Assembly: GCA_964616865.1 (NCBI GenBank)
Contig: CAZTUQ010000001.1
Coordinates: 8,713-72,712, forward strand
Direction of reading: 5' to 3'
DNA from: an uncultured Muribaculaceae bacterium
Lineage (GTDB): Bacteria > Bacteroidota > Bacteroidia > Bacteroidales > UBA932
DNA length: 64,000 nucleotides
Position numbers and translations under genes: made by a program. Of this stretch, positions 1-8,824 are shown one piece after another. The notes beneath the pieces were generated by a model, which did not search any database, was not told where the DNA came from, and saw only the letters and a program-made list of their open reading frames with translations. The stretch's first letter is position 1. Each line of letters begins with the position of its first letter.

Positions 1-307
1 CGGGATGAATGTACGCGCAGGCTCCCGACCCTTTCACCAGCGGAGTGACAATATCCTGCTGCACATCCACCTCAAAGAAACCTTTCTCGGCTACTGCCGC
101 CCTGCCCTCACGTGTCATCAGTGACGAATACTCGTCATAGTGACGCTCCAACTGTTCAATCTCCTCCTCTTCGAGAGGCGCTCCACTATCTCCCTCGACG
201 CAGCATATACCGCCGCATTTGTCATAATCGCAAGCGAAAAACTCCGTAATGACCTCCTCCGACACAAGAATGTCGCCAATCTGCAGAATAGTTCCGAATT
301 CTCTCAT
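1..307 (-). CDS. DUF3109 family protein (5' part; runs off the window start)
   Basis: Not in the ORF track. Manual translation from the ATG at 307 (TGATG overlap with the M16 gene stop) gives MREFGTILQIGDILVSEEVITEFFACDYDKCGGICCVEGDSGAPLEEEEIEQL..., matching the Bacteroidota DUF3109 pattern (F.CD...C.G.CCVEGD.GAPL). Open to the window edge. Confidence 0.75.
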   Translation of the reverse strand, partial: MREFGTILQIGDILVSEEVITEFFACDYDKCGGICCVEGDSGAPLEEEEIEQLERHYDEYSSLMTREGRAAVAEKGFFEVDVQQDIVTPLVKGSGACAYIHP

Positions 308-2892
308 CAATACACTATATATTCTACCTTGCTGCCTTTTGCAAATACAGAGAACAGATCCTGTATATCTGACGCATTGAGGGAGTTGAGGACATCCTTG
401 TACCGGGTAGAAAAGTCCTTACCCTCGGAATAGCGCATTATCACGGCATTCATTATGGACGCCTGCCTGGACTGCCCGATAGCGAAATCCTTGGACAGGA
501 TACTCTTGCAGATAGCCAGGTCCGAATCCTTGACAGGAGAAGTCGTGACATCATCCACGGCCTTGCGTATGACCTGCACAGCCTGGTCCGGGGATACAGG
601 GCTGATACCGGCAGGCAGACCGGATGAACGGGACGCACGGCATGTGATAGACACAGTCATGCGCTCCTGGGGGAACACCTCTATATCGTTGGATACCTCT
701 GCATACATTCCATAGTCGCTCAGCGCCTCTGTCAATGCCCTTGCAATGAGTTTCTCGACGATCCGGCCCGCTATATAGCGTTCCATAGTCACCGGAGTCA
801 TGGCAGACACGCTCACAAACACCTCCCCCTCGGATTTGACATCAGAGCGCACCTGATATGTAGACCAGCCGGTACGCAGACGGTATTGTCCCTGGGGACG
901 CGGAGGGTTGGTGCGTCCGACAGAAAGCGCTCCGAGCCTTTTCTGCAAAAGCCCCAAAAGAGTCTCCCGTTCTACGCCTCCGACAATGACGAGCATTCCG
1001 TCACCAAGTTTGGAGAGACGGGACGCGGTATAGGCAGCCGTCTTGTCCGCCAGCCCGTCGCTCAGATTACTCATATATCTATATTGGCTGAACATATAGT
1101 CCGGCCTCATTATGCTATCCACCGATGCGCGCACACCATCCTCTTCCAGACGGCTAAACTCCAAATGTATCTGCTCGCAAGGCTTGAAATACTCCATATT
1201 ACACGCGTGCGGCTCAGCGTCCGTCGCCATTGCGACAAGTGTCTTCAGGACGAAGTCCAGTTCTGAAACAGGCGCATTCCCATATACCCTCGTATCCGAG
1301 ATGCCGACTTCCCTTTTCAGAACCACACCTTTTTCGTCCAGAACGGCAGCCATCGCCGCCTGATCCATACCTGCTATCCTCTGGGCCGAGAAGAGATCGG
1401 AGACAAAAGCCCCCTCGCCCTTTCCAAGCCCCTTGATATAGGGATAACCACCCCGAGAGAACAAGGCATAATGGAAATCAGCCGCTCCCGGAATCTGCTT
1501 GTAAACAACCTTGGCCCCGTTTGAGAATGTCCACATTGCTCCACCGCTGATAGGATCTTCATCCTCACTCTTCAATTTGACCTTGGGGGCACGGGGCATG
1601 CTGTTCCACAAAGTGTCAGCACCTATTTCAAAAGCCTGCGGCTGCATATTGACACCGCTGCGGACAGACCACGCCTCTCTGAATGCAGATGCAAGTTCCT
1701 CTTCCGGGACAACTCCTCCCGGAGTCTCGTATATCAATGTAAGATTGCGTTGCGGATCCAGCAGCGCAGAAGCAAAACGCGTGAATATGCCGACATTGCG
1801 CTCTCCGCCCATATCTTTGGATTTGAGGAACTTCAACTGTTCGTCCGAAGAAGACAGCCGTGTCCCGTACAGATAGGACGCTATACAGCGGTCGAGCCAG
1901 GCCGCATTGGAAACACCGCCAGAGCAGACCTCCCTGGCAAATCTGTTGATATACGCCTTGCTTGCCGAATCCAATTCGTCCGGCTGTACCCCGCGCATGT
2001 CTATATCCGCCAACACATCCGAGACGATTTCCGTAGCCCTGACGAGATCGCTCTCGGCAACATGCATAGATATAGAAAACATTTCGTCGCCATTCCCGGC
2101 AGACGCATCCTGATAAACTGTAGCAATATCCGCCAAAGGCACTCCGGCCCTCAAGAAAGACGCAGAGATGCGGCGTTCGAGCAGAATGCCCAACTCGCCG
2201 TAGAGCATCTCGGTCACATAGGACTGTATGGTATTAAGGTATTTGCGTGGTGTCCGCGGAATCGCATATTCTATCGTGATTGCCGCAGCCCCGGAGGTCG
2301 AGGTCATCATGCTCATGAGGGTAAGATCCTCACTGCCTTCGAAATGATAGGGAGCTTCATTCTCTGCCGTTTCCAAATGCGGAATCATCATTGAGAATAT
2401 GCTCATCTTTCCTTTTATATTGTCGGCAGAGACATCTCCACTGATGATAATCGCCTGCTCCTTGCCACTGAGGGTACACAAGTCAAAAATCATCATCAGC
2501 GTCGAATCGGCAGCGGCCTGATCCGATGTCGGTACATCCTCGAAACGGAAGATGTTGGAGCCGTCCTCCGAACGGACAAACCCTCTCTCCTTGTAACTCA
2601 CACCCTTGGATGCAAGGAACATATAGGGCGAAGGATTATGAAAATGAGGCAGTTCCAACAAGGCCTCGCGGGATTTTCTCTCCCCTACCGCCTCTTTCTG
2701 GACGAGGGCGTAATCCGCGAATCCGCCACTGCCAGGGTTGGTCACTATATAATATCGTATTCCGTTCGGGAGGGCACCGGTCTCTATATCCGAAGCCTTA
2801 CCGAGTGCCGGAAAATCCTGGGCAGACAGCGCCGAAACCACAGATAAGGCGGCGCAAGCCATAACATATTTCAAAAACGACAAGGAAGACAT
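307..2892 (-). CDS. M16 (pitrilysin/PqqL-like) peptidase homolog, exported, apparently lacking the HXXEH zinc motif
   Basis: 861 aa, signal peptide ending ALSA, typical M16 opening GALPNGIRYYIVTNP and a second WTFSNGAKVVYK unit. No HXXEH at the expected position. Confidence 0.75.
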   Translation of the reverse strand: MSSLSFLKYVMACAALSVVSALSAQDFPALGKASDIETGALPNGIRYYIVTNPGSGGFADYALVQKEAVGERKSREALLELPHFHNPSPYMFLASKGVSYKERGFVRSEDGSNIFRFEDVPTSDQAAADSTLMMIFDLCTLSGKEQAIIISGDVSADNIKGKMSIFSMMIPHLETAENEAPYHFEGSEDLTLMSMMTSTSGAAAITIEYAIPRTPRKYLNTIQSYVTEMLYGELGILLERRISASFLRAGVPLADIATVYQDASAGNGDEMFSISMHVAESDLVRATEIVSDVLADIDMRGVQPDELDSASKAYINRFAREVCSGGVSNAAWLDRCIASYLYGTRLSSSDEQLKFLKSKDMGGERNVGIFTRFASALLDPQRNLTLIYETPGGVVPEEELASAFREAWSVRSGVNMQPQAFEIGADTLWNSMPRAPKVKLKSEDEDPISGGAMWTFSNGAKVVYKQIPGAADFHYALFSRGGYPYIKGLGKGEGAFVSDLFSAQRIAGMDQAAMAAVLDEKGVVLKREVGISDTRVYGNAPVSELDFVLKTLVAMATDAEPHACNMEYFKPCEQIHLEFSRLEEDGVRASVDSIMRPDYMFSQYRYMSNLSDGLADKTAAYTASRLSKLGDGMLVIVGGVERETLLGLLQKRLGALSVGRTNPPRPQGQYRLRTGWSTYQVRSDVKSEGEVFVSVSAMTPVTMERYIAGRIVEKLIARALTEALSDYGMYAEVSNDIEVFPQERMTVSITCRASRSSGLPAGISPVSPDQAVQVIRKAVDDVTTSPVKDSDLAICKSILSKDFAIGQSRQASIMNAVIMRYSEGKDFSTRYKDVLNSLNASDIQDLFSVFAKGSKVEYIVY

Positions 2893-2913
2893 ACTCTAAC
2901 TAAGGTAAACTTG

Positions 2914-2942
2914 CAAAAGTAAAACAAAATTTATTACATTTG
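2914..2942. promoter_or_regulatory. Divergent Bacteroidota sigma-70 -7 boxes
   Basis: TACTTTTG on the minus strand (2914-2921, towards the M16 gene) and TACATTTG on the plus strand (2935-2942, towards the TPR gene); both match TAnnTTTG. Confidence 0.6.
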
Positions 2943-2991
2943 TATCTTGCGTGACAACAGTATAGATAATTTTAAAAAAGACACATACGAC

Positions 2992-3828
2992 ATGAAGAAA
3001 TTGTTTGCAACATTGGCATCCCTCGCACTATCGGCAGGACTCGCATTCGCGCAGGATCTCGCCCAGGCTACAGAGATTTACAATAATGGTGCTACAAATC
3101 TCAATCTCGGAGACAAAGCCGCTGCATTGGAGAATTTCAAGAGTGCCCTCTCCATGGCCGGAGCCCTTGGAGAAGATGGAGCAGACATTGTCAGCAACTG
3201 CAAGGAGGTCATCCCCAACATCATGTTCTCCATCGCAAAGGATGAGATCAAGGCCGAGAAATTCGAAGCGGCAATCGCAGCCCTCAAGGAAGTCGTGACA
3301 GTCGCCAAGGAATACGGCGCAGAGGATACTGCCAAGGATGCAGAAGAGCTCATCCCCTCCGTATTCATACAGCAGGGCAACGAACTGATGAAGGTCAAGA
3401 ACGCAGCAGGTGCTGCCGCAGCATACAAGAGCGCATTGGATATCAACCCTGCCAACGGCAACGCCGCTCTCCGTCTCGGACAGGCGCTGAATGCAGCAGG
3501 TGACATCGAGGGCGCAATCGCAGCTTACGAGACAGCCGCTGCAAACGGCCAGGCCACAGCAGCAGGCAAGCGCATCTCCACAATCTTCCTCAAGAAAGCA
3601 GCCACATCCCTCAAGGACAAGAGTTTTGAAGCGGCAGTAGAGGAAGCCAACAAGGCAAACTCCTACTCCGAGTCCGCCAATGCTTACAAGATTGCCGGTA
3701 CTGCCTACAATAGCCTTGGCAACAAGGAAGAGGCTATAAAGAACCTCTCCAAATATCTGGAAATGTCCCCCAATGCCAAGGACGCAGCACAAATCAAAGC
3801 CGCAATCGAGGCATTGAGCAAGAAATAA
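2992..3828 (+). CDS. Exported tetratricopeptide-repeat protein
   Basis: ATG at 2992 preferred (MKKLFATLASLALSAGLAFA, SPI signal). Ala-rich helical TPR repeats (AYKSALDINPANGNAALRLG; YLEMSPNAKDA). Stop overlaps the next ATG (TAATG). Confidence 0.85.
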   Translation: MKKLFATLASLALSAGLAFAQDLAQATEIYNNGATNLNLGDKAAALENFKSALSMAGALGEDGADIVSNCKEVIPNIMFSIAKDEIKAEKFEAAIAALKEVVTVAKEYGAEDTAKDAEELIPSVFIQQGNELMKVKNAAGAAAAYKSALDINPANGNAALRLGQALNAAGDIEGAIAAYETAAANGQATAAGKRISTIFLKKAATSLKDKSFEAAVEEANKANSYSESANAYKIAGTAYNSLGNKEEAIKNLSKYLEMSPNAKDAAQIKAAIEALSKK

Positions 3829-5678
3829 TGAGGAATCTTGAACTCCTCGCCCCGGCGAGAAACAAAGACATCGGCATCGCGGCTATTGACTGCGGTGCCG
3901 ATGCGGTTTATATCGCAGGTCCAGCATTCGGCGCACGCCACGCTGCCGGCAACAGCCTTGAAGACATAGCTGAATTGTGCCGGTACGCGCACCGCTTCGG
4001 AGCAAGAATCATGCTCACCGTCAATACTATAATAAGTGACGATGAGATGGACGAGGCGCACAGGATCATGGCAGACGCACAGGCTGCCGGAGTGGACGCA
4101 TTCATCGTCCAGGACACGGCCCTGATGTGCCTCCCAGACATTCATGTCCCTATCCACGCATCGACGCAATGCGCAATCCGCAACAAGGAGACCGCCAAAT
4201 GGTACGAATCTCTCGGCTGCGGCAGGATAGTGCTGGAAAGGCAGTTGCCGCTCGCCACCGTCAGAGAGATAGCAGAGAGCGTAGACTGCGAAATAGAGTG
4301 CTTCGTGCATGGCGCACTGTGCGTCTGCTACAGCGGACAATGCTATCTGTCAGAGCATATTGACAGACGCAGCGCCAACAGAGGCAACTGCATGCAGGCG
4401 TGCCGTTCGCTCTACGACCTTGTGGACGACAACGGCAGGATAATTGTCAAGGACAAGGCCCTGCTCTCTCTCAAAGACCTGAACCTGTCGGATCGCATAG
4501 GCGAACTTGCCGATGCCGGTGTGGACTCTTTCAAGATAGAAGGACGCCTCAAGGGCATATCGTATGTCAAGAACATCGTCCGCGCATATTCCATAGCCTT
4601 GGACAAGATAGTGGCCCGCAGCGGAGGCAAGTACAGGAGGGCATCATGGGGAGAAATCTCCGGAGGATTCCAGCCGGAGACGGACAAGACCTTCAACCGC
4701 GGATATACACAACTGTACATAGACGGCACAAAAGGCAAATGGGCATCCATGGACTCTGCCAAATCCATTGGAGAAGCCATAGGGACTGTCGAAAGCATAC
4801 GCGACATCGGCCATTCGAATATCGAGATACGCATATCCGGGAATAACAGCGGAATCTGCCTCACCAACGGAGACGGATTCGCATTCATCCGAGGCAGGGA
4901 GACCGTAGGATTCCGCGGAGATGTGTGCAACGGGAACACAATCAGGTGCAAGGCTGTCCCGGGGCTAAAACGCGGTGTTACGCTGCTACGCAATATGAGT
5001 GCGGAGTTTGAACGCCGGATAGAGAACGGAAAGTGCATCCGTGAGATCCCCGTGTCCGTCAGTCTGAATATTCACAGCAAGGGCGGAGACAGCTATGTAT
5101 TTACCGCTACGGCAAAGAGCCAGGACGGCAGGACATCTTGCGGGACATGGCAGGCCACAGCACAGGAGGCGCAGCAGAGGGACAAGATGATCTCGACTAT
5201 CACCGCGCAGCTCGGCAAGAGGCATCTCCACTACTCCATGTCTCTCGAAGACCTGAATATACAGGCAGACGGAGTGCCGTTTGTCCCTGCGTCTTTCCTG
5301 AACGGGATACGCAGACAACTTGCGGAAGCCATAGACACCATGCCGGTAAACTCTTTGCCTATAAACAGCGGCAAGCCAGACGGCACATTCCGCATACAAG
5401 GCACATTGACTTACAAATCAAATATATACAATACAGTGGCACGCAATCTGGCATTGTCCAGAGGAGCCATCAAGGCTGACGATGCGTATGAAATCTCTCA
5501 TGTAGAAGGAGCAGAACTGATGCGCAGCAAGTATTGCATCAAGCACGAGCTCGGCATGTGCCCTGTACATCAGGGCGCAAGGCAGACAGGGCCTCTGCAC
5601 CTGCTGAACAACGGGCGCCGCCTCAATCTCGCATTCGACTGTGCCGCATGCGAGATGACGGTTTCCGCCGGCGAATGA
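3828..5678 (+). CDS. rlhA: U32 family peptidase-like protein with C-terminal DUF3656-type region; probable 23S rRNA 5-hydroxycytidine synthase (RlhA type)
   Basis: ELLAPA...GADAVYIAGPAFGAR, FVHGALCVCYSGQCYLS, RSANRGNCMQACR, SFKIEGR motifs; 616 aa long form. Confidence 0.8.
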   Translation: MRNLELLAPARNKDIGIAAIDCGADAVYIAGPAFGARHAAGNSLEDIAELCRYAHRFGARIMLTVNTIISDDEMDEAHRIMADAQAAGVDAFIVQDTALMCLPDIHVPIHASTQCAIRNKETAKWYESLGCGRIVLERQLPLATVREIAESVDCEIECFVHGALCVCYSGQCYLSEHIDRRSANRGNCMQACRSLYDLVDDNGRIIVKDKALLSLKDLNLSDRIGELADAGVDSFKIEGRLKGISYVKNIVRAYSIALDKIVARSGGKYRRASWGEISGGFQPETDKTFNRGYTQLYIDGTKGKWASMDSAKSIGEAIGTVESIRDIGHSNIEIRISGNNSGICLTNGDGFAFIRGRETVGFRGDVCNGNTIRCKAVPGLKRGVTLLRNMSAEFERRIENGKCIREIPVSVSLNIHSKGGDSYVFTATAKSQDGRTSCGTWQATAQEAQQRDKMISTITAQLGKRHLHYSMSLEDLNIQADGVPFVPASFLNGIRRQLAEAIDTMPVNSLPINSGKPDGTFRIQGTLTYKSNIYNTVARNLALSRGAIKADDAYEISHVEGAELMRSKYCIKHELGMCPVHQGARQTGPLHLLNNGRRLNLAFDCAACEMTVSAGE

Positions 5679-5682
5679 CAGT

Positions 5683-6870
5683 TCAGCGCACCTCGAATGT
5701 AAGATCCACATCCCCGAAGTGCTCCGTAGTCCCACTGTAGTTTTCGAAATAGCGGCTCGAAAGAGCACCGCGCCACACAATGTCGTCCTTGGTATACAGA
5801 GGCAGTTCCACATTGATACCGTAACTCTTGGATTTGATCTTGACCACGGCATCGAGTTTCCAGGATGTCCTGGTGCCGCCGTCATTCTCCGTTATCATAA
5901 AGCCGAAAGTCTCGAGCTGCGGAGACCAGTCGGATATGAGCATGGCATTGAAAGGAATCTTCTGTCCGAGCTGCTTGCGCTTGACGACAATCATAAAGTC
6001 TGTCACTGACGGAGTATACAGGGCCAGTTCCGCCTCTGTACTTGCCGTAAACCTCTCTACAGCACCGCATTTGACAAAGAACTCGCTCGCGCCGCTGAAC
6101 CACGGGTCATAATTGCGCAACATCGTGAAATCCTTGAGTACCAGACTGCGAAAATCGTCATCCGCGGCCTTGGAGGATATTGTAACATCACCACCGCTCC
6201 CCCATTCGGGATGCTCGCGCCGCAACATCTCCAAAGATTCGTATCCAGAATCGTCATTGGTATTGACTACCCACACAGGCCTCTCCATAGCCATCTGCTC
6301 GTCTACAGTCACCGTTCTGACAGAGCGTCCGCCGTCTGGCTGCTCGATGATTTCATAGCCGACATTGACCGTGCTCTCCCCTCCAGGATTGAATGTCACG
6401 ACAGGCAAGGTCTTACCGTCCCAAGAGTCCGCATACGGCCAGTATATCTGGACATCTGACGCCGCGAGCACATCAAGCCTCGCCTCGACCTCCCTCTCCG
6501 CTGCCACAGCATCCGCTGATTTAGTAAGAGCCACATTCTGACGCACATACTCACGGATAAGGTCTTTCATCGGTCTCGGATAATGTCCTGCAACCCTGGT
6601 CTGCGAATCCGAAGCACGGACGCCTGCCCCGGGCACCGTCAGCAGATCTTTCATCATGTACTCTTCGTCATAGCCGTTTTCGGAAGAACATCCGACAGCA
6701 TCATGCACTTCCTGCACCTGGTCGGTCCCTATCGGGATAGCCGACAGCATCCGTGCTACATCTTCCAGAGAAGCAAATTCATAGTCAGGCGTGATCTCTC
6801 TCTCGCCGACAGTACTGCACCCTGCGACAATCATCGCAGCGGCGGCAAATAATGTAAATGTCCTGCGCAT
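5683..6870 (-). CDS. Hypothetical lipoprotein (possibly DUF3103-like)
   Basis: Start at 6870: MRRTFTLFAAAAMIVAGC lipobox, acidic residues after the Cys. About 395 aa; no confident family. Confidence 0.7.
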   Translation of the reverse strand: MRRTFTLFAAAAMIVAGCSTVGEREITPDYEFASLEDVARMLSAIPIGTDQVQEVHDAVGCSSENGYDEEYMMKDLLTVPGAGVRASDSQTRVAGHYPRPMKDLIREYVRQNVALTKSADAVAAEREVEARLDVLAASDVQIYWPYADSWDGKTLPVVTFNPGGESTVNVGYEIIEQPDGGRSVRTVTVDEQMAMERPVWVVNTNDDSGYESLEMLRREHPEWGSGGDVTISSKAADDDFRSLVLKDFTMLRNYDPWFSGASEFFVKCGAVERFTASTEAELALYTPSVTDFMIVVKRKQLGQKIPFNAMLISDWSPQLETFGFMITENDGGTRTSWKLDAVVKIKSKSYGINVELPLYTKDDIVWRGALSSRYFENYSGTTEHFGDVDLTFEVR

Positions 6871-6933
6871 ACTTAAATGGTTTTCTTGCCACAAAGGGAC
6901 TGAAAACTATCCGTTTACGCAAAATGGACAAGT

Positions 6934-7797
6934 TTATAAACGCTTAAGGAAAGAAATATGCCTCACAGCACCGCTCAAGTCATATATCGGAGTTATATCC
7001 GAGAATCCGCAAGCAGAAAACAGCCGTGTAAGCGAATCTGCAAGGAGGTCGTTGATTTCCACAATTCCGCGTCCTCCGGGCAGTAATAAACGTTTGGCCC
7101 AGGCAGCAACTGCGCGGTAAAAGACGAGAGGGTCTTCGTCAGAGACAAAGAGTGCCAACTCCGGCTCGTAGTCAAGGACATTGGAGCGCATCTGGGCACG
7201 CTGGCTCTCCATGACATAAGGAGGATTGCTGACTATTATGTCGAACGACGCCTCCTCTCCAAATCCCACAGGGTCTTTGAGAATATCGGCGAGGACAAAG
7301 CCTGGAGCATTCATCCCCGGAGTTGCAAGCCCCTGTCCGCGCGCCACGCCCAAAGCCGCTTCTGAAATATCGACCCCGGTAACCTCTGCCCCGGGCAGAG
7401 CCAGGGCAAGACTCCATGCTATACAGCCGGAGCCGGTGCAGAGGTCCAATATGCGCATATTGCCGTCACCGGCCAACGCGACAGCCTCCTGCACAAGTAT
7501 TTCCGTTTCAGGACGCGGTATCAGCACATCCCTCGTGACATGGAAACGGTGCCCATAGAAGTCTGCATGCCCGAGCACATACTGCACAGGCTCCGATGCA
7601 CACAGACGCCGCAAAGCCTCCGACAGACGCGGCATATCAGCCACATCTATCTCATAGCCAGGCTCCACCACATGAGTATAGGACTTGACACCGAGCAGTT
7701 CCTCGCAGAGCATAAGGACAATACTCCTCGCCTCCGCCTGAGGATACAGGTTCTCGAGCGAGGAGATAGCGTCTCGGATAAAATCCCTCAAGAGCAT
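6934..7797 (-). CDS. prmC: Release factor glutamine N5-methyltransferase
   Basis: EPVQYVLG, VLIPRPETE, ILDLCTGSGCIA, IVSNPPY motifs. Confidence 0.95.
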   Translation of the reverse strand: MLLRDFIRDAISSLENLYPQAEARSIVLMLCEELLGVKSYTHVVEPGYEIDVADMPRLSEALRRLCASEPVQYVLGHADFYGHRFHVTRDVLIPRPETEILVQEAVALAGDGNMRILDLCTGSGCIAWSLALALPGAEVTGVDISEAALGVARGQGLATPGMNAPGFVLADILKDPVGFGEEASFDIIVSNPPYVMESQRAQMRSNVLDYEPELALFVSDEDPLVFYRAVAAWAKRLLLPGGRGIVEINDLLADSLTRLFSACGFSDITPIYDLSGAVRHISFLKRL

Positions 7798-7798
7798 C

Positions 7799-8815
7799 CT
7801 ATGAATGCTCTATTATATCGGTAAGGAAATCCGTCATCTGAAGACCTGCCGTACGCACCATCTTGGGAACGAGCGACGCGCTGGTCATACCGGGTACCGT
7901 ATTGACTTCCAGAAAGTAAAGCCCGTCAGAGGCGAGAATATAGTCCGCTCTGACAACGCCCTTGCACCCAAGATGCTCATATATGCGGACCGTAGTCTCC
8001 TCTACCAGGGAACGCTCGCTGTCCGAGAGCCGTGCAGGGCAGATCTCTTCGCTGTGGCCATTGTACTTGGCATCGTAGTCAAAATACTCATTGTCCGTCA
8101 CTATCTCCACTACCGGAAGTGCCTTGACTCCATTCTCACCGCGCCATACGGCACAAGTGAGTTCGCGTCCGCTGACAGACTGTTCTATAAGTATGGTATC
8201 ACTCTCCGAGAATGCAAAATTGACAGCCTGCACCAGACCATCCGGGGCATCGACACGGGATATTCCGAAACTTGACCCTGCGGTGGTCGGCTTCACGAAC
8301 ACCGGATATTTGAGCCTCTCGGATACCTGTACTGACAATGCCGACAAATCAGCGCCCTTGCGCACAACCATATCGGGGGCGAGCCTGACATCCTCAGCAC
8401 CTTTCAGATAGGCTTTGCAGGTATACTTGTCAAATGCCACAGCAGACACGAAACTACTGCATGAACTATAGGGAATCCCGAGCATCTCCAGATAGCCCTG
8501 CATCTGGCCAGTCTCACCGGGCGCACCATGCTGCATCACATACACATAGTCAAACCTGACTTTCTCCCCATAGACCGACACGGAGAAATCCGTCTTGTCC
8601 ACCACTGGTCTTGCGCCCTCGTCAAATGTCATGCGCATGGCATTGCGGCGTCTCATCGCCACGAGCTGCCATTCGCCGTGTCGCGCATATATTTCATAAA
8701 CATCATAGCGGCTTTCATCTATTCTGGAGGCTGTATATTCTCCGCTCCTGCAGGAGACTTCCGATTCGGAAGAATCACTCCCGTAAATAACCGCAATAGA
8801 ACTGTACTTGCCCAT
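7799..8815 (-). CDS. ddl: D-alanine--D-alanine ligase
   Basis: HGAPGETGQMQG, YPVFVKP..AGSSFG, FDYDAKY, LEVNTVPGMT ATP-grasp motifs. Confidence 0.95.
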   Translation of the reverse strand: MGKYSSIAVIYGSDSSESEVSCRSGEYTASRIDESRYDVYEIYARHGEWQLVAMRRRNAMRMTFDEGARPVVDKTDFSVSVYGEKVRFDYVYVMQHGAPGETGQMQGYLEMLGIPYSSCSSFVSAVAFDKYTCKAYLKGAEDVRLAPDMVVRKGADLSALSVQVSERLKYPVFVKPTTAGSSFGISRVDAPDGLVQAVNFAFSESDTILIEQSVSGRELTCAVWRGENGVKALPVVEIVTDNEYFDYDAKYNGHSEEICPARLSDSERSLVEETTVRIYEHLGCKGVVRADYILASDGLYFLEVNTVPGMTSASLVPKMVRTAGLQMTDFLTDIIEHS

Positions 8816-8824
8816 ATTATCTAC

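Noticed and set aside
7799-8815. D-Ala-D-Lac (vancomycin-resistance type) ligase
   Set aside because: The omega loop reads FDYDAKY, as in ordinary D-Ala-D-Ala ligases, and there is no van gene context.
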